Source of the DNA: Deltaproteobacteria bacterium
GTDB lineage: Bacteria > Myxococcota_C > UBA6777
Direction: 5' to 3'
Length of the DNA: 64,000 nucleotides
NCBI GenBank assembly: GCA_002731275.1
Contig: PCBK01000189.1
Span: 61,888-125,887 of the forward strand
The notes under the pieces are model-generated. The model searched no databases. It was not told the DNA's origin and worked only from the letters and a program-made list of their open reading frames with translations. Positions 57,586-64,000 of the stretch are shown here, piece by piece (positions within the stretch are counted from its first letter, which is position 1; every line of letters begins with the position of its first letter). The translations under genes and the position numbers were made by a program.

Positions 57586-59409
57586 ATGTCCCGATTCGCA
57601 GAGCTTCGCGAGCTGCTTTCTCATTCCCCGACCCAAGCGCGATGGAAAGAGCTCATCAAACGTATGATTCAATGGCCACAAGTGCCCGAACGTGACGTCG
57701 CGATCCAATACGCGCAAGCCCACCTTTCTCACTGGCCTGACGAGCTCCGCACGCTACGTGATGATCTGCGATATGCCTACTCACAAGAGCCGACACACCC
57801 GACGTGGTCACTTGTGCGTACGTTCTATATTTTTATCAAGGCGCTGTCCTCCGACGATCACACACAATCACTGACGACGCTCACCCATGTCCCCAAATTG
57901 ACCTCTCTGCGAATTGTCTTCTACCCTGAGTTTCTCGCCAACGTCGCCAAAACGAAGAGCCCCGCCAAGGTCTCCACCTCGCTCTTCTCCAACGATCTTC
58001 AACATCTCTCTCACGTCGGACTACGCGATCTCGAAGGCTTCGACGCTCTCGACACACTCCAACAACTCAAGCGCCTGGAGCTGTTCAATTACCCGCTGCC
58101 AAGATTGGGGACACTGCCCCAACTGCAAGGGCTCACAGAGCTGCTCCTGAGTTGCCAGGCTGGACTCGAAGACCTTGATATGCTTCACGCCTTCCCTAAG
58201 CTTCGATGGTTGCGCTTTGAAGAGAGCCCACTCGTCTCATTCCAGCACCGCACACAGCTCCCCGAACTCGACATCTTGGAGCTTGATAACAGTGGATGGC
58301 ACGATAGTTTCGAATGGTCGATCTTTTCGTCGATTCATACGCTCCACCTCACAGGAGAACGAAGACGCTACGAGTTGGGAAAGACCGATCTATCACCCCT
58401 GCGAAATCTACGCACACTCACCATCAAAGGCGGCGCCAAACTACTCATCACCCCAAACCTCAACGCGCTCGCCACACTCAGCGAACTCACGCACCTCGAA
58501 CTCGACGCCTTCGCTCCCCAACCAGACCTCTCGTTCCTCGAATCACTCGCCGCCTTAGAGCACCTGACACTCTCTGGATATGGTATCGGGTACAAGAGAC
58601 AACTCTTCTGCTTCTCTGCGCTCAAAGAGCTCCGTTCACTTCACCTGGAACAATGTGGTTCACTCGATCTAGAGCCTTTTTGTGTGTTACCAAAGCTCGA
58701 AGAGTTGACGTTGGAGTTCGACATCCCCTCCGTCCATCAACTCGACATGAACGAACGAAATGAACGCCTTCGTGCGTATCGAAACCCAACAGAGCTGACC
58801 TCTTTCTCCCACATCAAACACCTGACCCTCAAACAAGCCCGTTTTCTCAACGATCTGTCCTTCGTCAGAGAGCTGGCACAACTCGAAACGTTGCACATTT
58901 ACGAATGTCTACATCTGCGGTGGCTTGAAGACCTCAAATCCTGCGTCAAACTCAAAACATTGACACTTCACGGCAGTCGCGCACTCGAACACCTTGACTC
59001 CATGATCCGCCCTGAAAAACCACCACTCTTCGATTGGGGAGATGTCGACACATACCAACCCCGCGAAGGACTTCGTGAGCTGCACTCTTTGTCCCTGCTC
59101 GGCATGCACAACCTCCGGGATATTCAGGGGCTCTCTACCTACACAAAGCTCCGCACGCTGCGTATCTCAGGATGCGAAAATCTTCGGGTGATCAGCGCCA
59201 TTCACCAACTCGTCGAGCTAGAAGCCTTGTACATAGAGGATTGCCCATCCCTGAAAGAACTCGACGCGTTGATCAGCTTGCCCCAACTCAGCACGCTGGT
59301 CTTGCGTGACTGCCCAGCCCTCCCCTGTCCTCCAGACAAAGACAGTATGCACACACGCGAAGACGTGAAAGTCTTCCAACAGCGTCTACGCGATCGGTCC
59401 GATCAGTAA
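57586..59409 (+). CDS. Leucine-rich repeat protein with N-terminal helical domain
   Basis: Many LxxLxxLxL repeats (e.g. LRNLRTLTI, LSELTHLEL, YTKLRTLRISGC). Confidence 0.85.
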   Translation: MSRFAELRELLSHSPTQARWKELIKRMIQWPQVPERDVAIQYAQAHLSHWPDELRTLRDDLRYAYSQEPTHPTWSLVRTFYIFIKALSSDDHTQSLTTLTHVPKLTSLRIVFYPEFLANVAKTKSPAKVSTSLFSNDLQHLSHVGLRDLEGFDALDTLQQLKRLELFNYPLPRLGTLPQLQGLTELLLSCQAGLEDLDMLHAFPKLRWLRFEESPLVSFQHRTQLPELDILELDNSGWHDSFEWSIFSSIHTLHLTGERRRYELGKTDLSPLRNLRTLTIKGGAKLLITPNLNALATLSELTHLELDAFAPQPDLSFLESLAALEHLTLSGYGIGYKRQLFCFSALKELRSLHLEQCGSLDLEPFCVLPKLEELTLEFDIPSVHQLDMNERNERLRAYRNPTELTSFSHIKHLTLKQARFLNDLSFVRELAQLETLHIYECLHLRWLEDLKSCVKLKTLTLHGSRALEHLDSMIRPEKPPLFDWGDVDTYQPREGLRELHSLSLLGMHNLRDIQGLSTYTKLRTLRISGCENLRVISAIHQLVELEALYIEDCPSLKELDALISLPQLSTLVLRDCPALPCPPDKDSMHTREDVKVFQQRLRDRSDQ

Positions 59410-59430
59410 GGCCACTTCGAGAAAAAAGAC

Positions 59431-60186
59431 TCAATCGTCTTGGAGCTGTTCGCTCAATTTTCCCAGCACAGTGTTACGCGATGAAGTGTGGATGTAGAAG
59501 TGTCCACCAGGAAACAATTCATAGGAGAAATCGGCGTTGGTGTGGATAGCCCAGGCTTTCACGGACTCTTCTGATATCAGATGATCATCTCTCCCACCAA
59601 AAGCAGAGATCGAGAAGTCGAAAGGCTCGTGCTCTTCATATGAGTATGCGTCACAGAGTTCAAAGTCAGCCTGTATGGTAGGCAAGATCATCTCCATCAA
59701 CTCGCTGTTTTGCAACACCCACTCTGGTGTCCCGTTGAGGCTGCGGAGTTTGTCGATCAGCGCTTCGTCGGAGAGCTTGTGGAGACCTGGGATCACTGAG
59801 GAGTGCTGTGGTGCACGGAAGGAAGAGATTGACAGGTGTGTGGGCAATGGCATACCGCGCTTACGCATCAAACGCGCGAGCTCAAAACTCACGAGCCCAC
59901 CCATACTGTGACCAAAAAACACAAACGGCCGATCCAGATGAGGTTCAATCGCCTCACAGAGGGCATCCAAAAGTGGCTCCATGCGCGTAAAGGGGTCTTC
60001 ACGTAAGCGATGCTCTCGACCAGGAAGATGGACAGCGCACATCTGCACATCTTCGGGCAGCTTGTACGGCCAACGACGAAAGGCAATCGGCCCCCCACCT
60101 GCGTAGGGGAAGCAAAAGATCCGCTTGCGCACCTGTGAGACATCACGAAAGACCGAAAACCAGGGATTTTTTTTGATGTCCATCAA
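59431..60186 (-). CDS. Type II thioesterase (GrsT/SrfAD family)
   Basis: FCFPYAGG, LPGRE, FFGHSMG and FPGGHFY motifs. Confidence 0.93.
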   Translation of the reverse strand: MMDIKKNPWFSVFRDVSQVRKRIFCFPYAGGGPIAFRRWPYKLPEDVQMCAVHLPGREHRLREDPFTRMEPLLDALCEAIEPHLDRPFVFFGHSMGGLVSFELARLMRKRGMPLPTHLSISSFRAPQHSSVIPGLHKLSDEALIDKLRSLNGTPEWVLQNSELMEMILPTIQADFELCDAYSYEEHEPFDFSISAFGGRDDHLISEESVKAWAIHTNADFSYELFPGGHFYIHTSSRNTVLGKLSEQLQDD

Positions 60187-61910
60187 CCAACCTCCGAGAC
60201 AGCTTCTTTGAGGACATCCCGAACCATTGGGTCCTCTTCAAACATCAAGCGCCCACGCAGCAATTGCCTCGCGGTCGGGTGGTCTGACTGAGAGAGCAAG
60301 CCTACTACAGCGAGACGAATATGACGCGCGGGATCAGCGAGTGCGGCTCCAAGCATCTCCTCCTCTTCACGATCGGGAAAGAGACAAAAGATCTCGATCG
60401 CTCTCGTCTGTGTCATAGGATTCGCCGAGTCTTCTAGGACATCAGCGAGAACAGGGAGCCGAGAAGATGGCGTTGTCGTCCCAATCAAGACAGGTACACC
60501 TTCTTTGCGAAGGGGGATCGGGCCAAGCCCTCTGAGCACCTTCTTCGCCTCTTTCGTCCGCAACTTTTCGAGGACCACTCTCGCGAGAGGACGGAGCGCA
60601 AAGCGCTCCCCACCTTCGAGCAGTGTTTGTAACATCTTCGGCAGAGACTTCGCCTTTTGCCTCAACAACAACATGATCGCTCGTGAAGCGATACTATCTT
60701 GTTCATGCTCAACAAGAGGCGCAAGCAGGTCTTCCGGGATCTTGCGATAACCTTCGAGCAATCGATCGAGCATACGCAACAAGATATCGGGCTGCTCTTC
60801 GTGGGAGAGGTGGGCGATCAACATGTCTTCAACACGGACATCAGCGATGGTACACAGGATCCGCACAGCGGCTTTGCGAGTGAGGATATCCCCAGAGGAG
60901 ATATATCGACCTAGTTGCCCCTGAAGTGTTCCTTGCCGCCGATGTGCGTCGATCACGTCGAGATGAAGTTGAAGTGAGATCTTTCTCTTTTGCTCGTATG
61001 CCTGCATCACCTTTTCGATCGGATTGACGATCGCGCCAAACGGCAGGTGTAACGACATTGCAGGGACTTTTGTCGCCCCTTTTGTCTCGCCAGATGTCCG
61101 CCTGTACACACCTCCCCACTGTGCACGCATCAGCTCCGAGAGATAGGCACCGATCGCGGAGATCACATGAGTCGCATCCCCTCGTGCGTCGATCATCTTC
61201 GCGAGCATCTCTTCCCCTTGCTGAAGAGCCTCCGGGAGATACCCTGGTAACTCTTCATACTGCCTCCAACGCTCTGCTACTTCGAGGACTTCAAGAATCA
61301 AAGCGTCTTGGGACTCTCCATCACGACGCCAACATAACGCAACATGGTCTTCAAGTGTCGACTCAAGCACCATCAACCAACGCTCGATCTCTCCGCCAAG
61401 ATAATGTACCAAAGGGACCCGCACGATCCGAATAAACCCTTCCATGTCCTCGAAGGTATCGCGCATCGTCAGATCATCGATGCGTTCAAGTCCGTCCCAA
61501 TTGCGGTTGATGTAACAGGTATCAAAGGCCGCCTCCATCTGCCCTGTCGGAAGCCGGCGTCTCGAATACGTCGGCATAGGAGAACGCTCCGTCACATAGG
61601 GGGCAAACATAAACCGCGCAGGCAAGGAGGGTTGCGCGAGCTGTCTGTGCAGCTCACGTAAGGCAACGAGCAAACGCTTCTTTTCGAGTGGGTAGGAAAC
61701 TTCAGAAGCTGGACGCGCCTCTTGGATATGGCCAAGGACCTCATCACCGATCTCGATCAATCCGGGACAATTGTCGACAAGCAGGGGGTGTTTGAGGATC
61801 GGTTGTGCTTTGCGGGAGGGAGGAGACCACAGCTCAAAGAGACGGTAGGAGGTCACACTGTGACGGGGGGTTTGCAGTGTGATCGATTGGGAAGGTCCTG
61901 GAAGAAACAA
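60183..61910 (-). CDS. Hypothetical protein with C-terminal HEAT-like repeats
   Basis: 575 aa; HEAT-like motifs (LADPARHIRLAVVGLL, EEDPMVRDVL); stop overlaps the thioesterase ATG; start uncertain. Confidence 0.7.
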   Translation of the reverse strand: MFLPGPSQSITLQTPRHSVTSYRLFELWSPPSRKAQPILKHPLLVDNCPGLIEIGDEVLGHIQEARPASEVSYPLEKKRLLVALRELHRQLAQPSLPARFMFAPYVTERSPMPTYSRRRLPTGQMEAAFDTCYINRNWDGLERIDDLTMRDTFEDMEGFIRIVRVPLVHYLGGEIERWLMVLESTLEDHVALCWRRDGESQDALILEVLEVAERWRQYEELPGYLPEALQQGEEMLAKMIDARGDATHVISAIGAYLSELMRAQWGGVYRRTSGETKGATKVPAMSLHLPFGAIVNPIEKVMQAYEQKRKISLQLHLDVIDAHRRQGTLQGQLGRYISSGDILTRKAAVRILCTIADVRVEDMLIAHLSHEEQPDILLRMLDRLLEGYRKIPEDLLAPLVEHEQDSIASRAIMLLLRQKAKSLPKMLQTLLEGGERFALRPLARVVLEKLRTKEAKKVLRGLGPIPLRKEGVPVLIGTTTPSSRLPVLADVLEDSANPMTQTRAIEIFCLFPDREEEEMLGAALADPARHIRLAVVGLLSQSDHPTARQLLRGRLMFEEDPMVRDVLKEAVSEVG

Positions 61911-61930
61911 GATTCCGACCTGTATGAGAT

Positions 61931-61972
61931 AAAAAAAAACCCTGCTTCTTGTGAAGGAAAGCAGGGTTTTTT
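61931..61972 (-). terminator. Rho-independent terminator downstream of the tRNA
   Basis: Stem AAAACCCTGCTT/AAGCAGGGTTTT with a T9 tract on the minus strand; could also act on the plus strand. Confidence 0.8.
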
Positions 61973-61985
61973 ATATTGGTGAATG

Positions 61986-62059
61986 TGGCGATACAGGGAC
62001 TTGAACCCCGAACACTACGGATATGAGCCGTATGCTCTAACCAGTTGAGCTATATCGCC
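61986..62059 (-). tRNA. tRNA with CAU anticodon, probably elongator tRNA-Met
   Basis: GGCGATATAGCTCAACTGGTTAGAGCATACGGCTCATATCCGTAGTGTTCGGGGTTCAAGTCCCTGTATCGCCA; G1-C72 paired, so not initiator; CCA not encoded; Ile2 not fully excluded. Confidence 0.93.
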
Positions 62060-62080
62060 CTGTCTTGAAAGACAGCTCTT

Positions 62081-62109
62081 TATCTACATGACACCTTCGA
62101 TCTTGTCAA
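62081..62109 (-). promoter_or_regulatory. Putative sigma70 promoter of the tRNA
   Basis: Minus strand TTGACA-N17-TAGATA (perfect -35, weak -10). Confidence 0.45.
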
Positions 62110-62175
62110 GAAGAAATTGCCAACCATCGAAAACCAATACAAAAAAACCTAAAACTCAGACACAAGGAGTAGCGA

Positions 62176-62976
62176 TTGTCCTGGAAAACTCGCCTCAACC
62201 ACCGTTGGCAACCCAGACATCATCGTGATCTGTTCACATGGCACAGCCGACACTTTTACCCATTTACACACCATATGGATGAACGCGCCCTCACCTATCT
62301 CGAACATTGCTTCCTCCTCGCCACGACTGAAAAGGATGTCCCTTCGGCATTTTGGAACCTTTCGCCTTATCACTACAGTCATCACATCGAAGGTGATGAG
62401 GTCTACTCAGGACATATTGCGTACGGCTCCTTTGCCCAACCGCAAGCGCTCTTACAGGCAGCACAACCGCTCTTTCAACACCACGACCCCGACCAACAGC
62501 GCATGACGTTGTTGCGGCGCTATCAGGAGACATACAACACAGCACAAACGCCCGTTTTTTGTGGGCTCGGATGGGATCTGCACAACGCGATCTTTTCGAT
62601 GTACTTTTGGCATCGCTCACAAACAGCAGAGTCACAAGACACCTCTTTTTTGCGGTGGCTACAGATATCTTCGAGGCAGGGAGAGGACTTTACACTTACG
62701 CTCCACGATCCACAGGCGCGACTTGACCAAGAATCAAAGCGCAAGCGACTAGACAAGAGACAGATCTTCGAAGTCCCCAAGCACACCAAACCACTCGCTT
62801 CGAGACTCCAACAGGGTCTTCATGCCCCCTACATCGATGAATCCCTCACAGCCTGGAGAAAACGTCTCCCCCACCACGCCCAGCGCATCCTGACACTGTA
62901 CGAAAAGAAGAAACAACCTCTGCGTACACTTGAGCTTCACACCATCGACGACTTTGTCTTGCACTACCCATCTTGA
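62176..62976 (+). CDS. Hypothetical protein
   Basis: 266-aa ORF filling the gap; AAGGAG SD before TTG 62176 (alternative ATG 62275). Confidence 0.6.
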   Translation: MSWKTRLNHRWQPRHHRDLFTWHSRHFYPFTHHMDERALTYLEHCFLLATTEKDVPSAFWNLSPYHYSHHIEGDEVYSGHIAYGSFAQPQALLQAAQPLFQHHDPDQQRMTLLRRYQETYNTAQTPVFCGLGWDLHNAIFSMYFWHRSQTAESQDTSFLRWLQISSRQGEDFTLTLHDPQARLDQESKRKRLDKRQIFEVPKHTKPLASRLQQGLHAPYIDESLTAWRKRLPHHAQRILTLYEKKKQPLRTLELHTIDDFVLHYPS

Positions 62977-63054
62977 GAGACTTTTCCCTTGCCAGAAAAG
63001 GGATTTCTCTCTATTCTGAGAATGGAATTCACATTACTGAGCAAAGGGAAGAAG

Positions 63055-64000
63055 ATGAGACGATTGTTGATATGGTTTGCGTTATGTTTGACCCTCTCCT
63101 GGTGGGGAGGTTGTAGCAACAAGACGACGCTTTCTAAAGAGAAAACGCAAACAGATGCAGGACTCCCAGATGGTAGCAGTCCTGAGCAGGTGTCCCAAGA
63201 GAAGACACAGCCGGAACCAGAGCTTCCCAAGGAGCTCACTTACTGGAAAGACATCAAGGCGATCATCGATCACAACTGCCTCAATTGTCATATCAAAGAT
63301 GGGATCGCCCCCTTCCCACTTGAATCCTATAAGTTTGTCAAGACTTACAAAGACGCGATCAAATCCTCCGTCAAAGAGCGCAGAATGCCACCGTGGTCCG
63401 GCGCACAAAACTGCAACGAGTACAAAAATGACATCTCCATGTCCGAAGAAGACATCGAGAAGATCGCCAAATGGGTCGATAACGGCGCCCCCGAAGGCAA
63501 CCCAGCCCACTACAAAGACTCTCCACCACCACCAGAGCTCAAGATGTCCCGCGTCGATCTCACGCTCAAAATGAAGAAGGCCTTCGAGCCCAAACGCATC
63601 CCCGACGAATACAGATGCTTTGTCGTTGACTGGACCCCCAAAGAGGTCAAATACATCTCAGGCTTCGAGGTCCACCCAGGTAACCAATCGATCGTCCACC
63701 ACGTCATCGCCTACCTCGCGCCACCAAGTGAAGCCGAAAAGTACGCCAAGAAAGATCCTGAAGGGAATGGCTATCGCTGTTATGGAACAGCCGGAGGAAA
63801 GGCTTCTTACAACTGGCTCGGCGTTTGGGCCCCAGGGATGCCCGGCGCGGATTATCCAAAAAACACAGGGATCAAAGTCGAACCTGGCTCCAAAATCATC
63901 ATCCAGGTCCACTACAATGTCCCACCAAGTAAAAAAGGGGCGACCGATCAAACCAGCGTCGCCTTCAAGCTCGAAGACAAAGTCGACGCTGTCTCGATCC
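63055..64000 (+). CDS. Lipoprotein: c-type cytochrome fused to a copper type II (PHM/DBH-like) monooxygenase domain; 3' end outside the window
   Basis: Read by hand, not in the ORF track: MRRLLIWFALCLTLSWWGGC...NCLNCH...RMPPW...DEYRCFVV...IVHHVIAY...WAPG...IIQVHYN; open to the window end. Confidence 0.88.
   Translation, partial: MRRLLIWFALCLTLSWWGGCSNKTTLSKEKTQTDAGLPDGSSPEQVSQEKTQPEPELPKELTYWKDIKAIIDHNCLNCHIKDGIAPFPLESYKFVKTYKDAIKSSVKERRMPPWSGAQNCNEYKNDISMSEEDIEKIAKWVDNGAPEGNPAHYKDSPPPPELKMSRVDLTLKMKKAFEPKRIPDEYRCFVVDWTPKEVKYISGFEVHPGNQSIVHHVIAYLAPPSEAEKYAKKDPEGNGYRCYGTAGGKASYNWLGVWAPGMPGADYPKNTGIKVEPGSKIIIQVHYNVPPSKKGATDQTSVAFKLEDKVDAVSI

Noticed and set aside
61986-62059. tRNA as an integration site of an island or prophage
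   Set aside because: No integrase, no duplicated tRNA 3' end seen, and no obvious compositional shift.

Overview
Core-chromosome window from a bacterium with GC near 50% by eye, most likely Myxococcota/deltaproteobacterial. That placement is inferred from the Cys-rich lipoproteins, the pilC-pilS-pilR cluster, the DWG-type Ser/Thr kinase and the short EF-Ts. Housekeeping content: acyl-CoA dehydrogenase, pgsA, sixA, an rpsB-tsf-pyrH-frr-cdsA-rseP-tsaB cluster lacking uppS and dxr, maf-yggS, recD2, a stand-alone ftsW and one tRNA(CAU). The type IVa pilus locus is rearranged: a sigma54-driven pilA with three palindromic enhancer boxes converges on a second, sigma70-driven pilin, and pilB/pilT are absent from their usual slot. 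No mobile element, prophage or CRISPR array is visible. The strongest candidates for undescribed biology are: (i) a Cys-rich stalked lipoprotein tipped with a C2-like Ca2+/phospholipid-binding domain, beside an M50B peptidase and pilC; (ii) a GTPase paired with a membrane protein that has an internally duplicated module and a dead GTPase domain; (iii) a type II SQR homologue missing both catalytic cysteines; (iv) a membrane-anchored clan CD protease-PDZ-thioredoxin fusion next to a Ser/Thr kinase; (v) a circularly permuted flavoprotein fused to a membrane polyferredoxin; (vi) a cytochrome c-copper monooxygenase lipoprotein truncated by the window edge and missed by the ORF track. All family calls come from motif recognition by eye; no searches were run.
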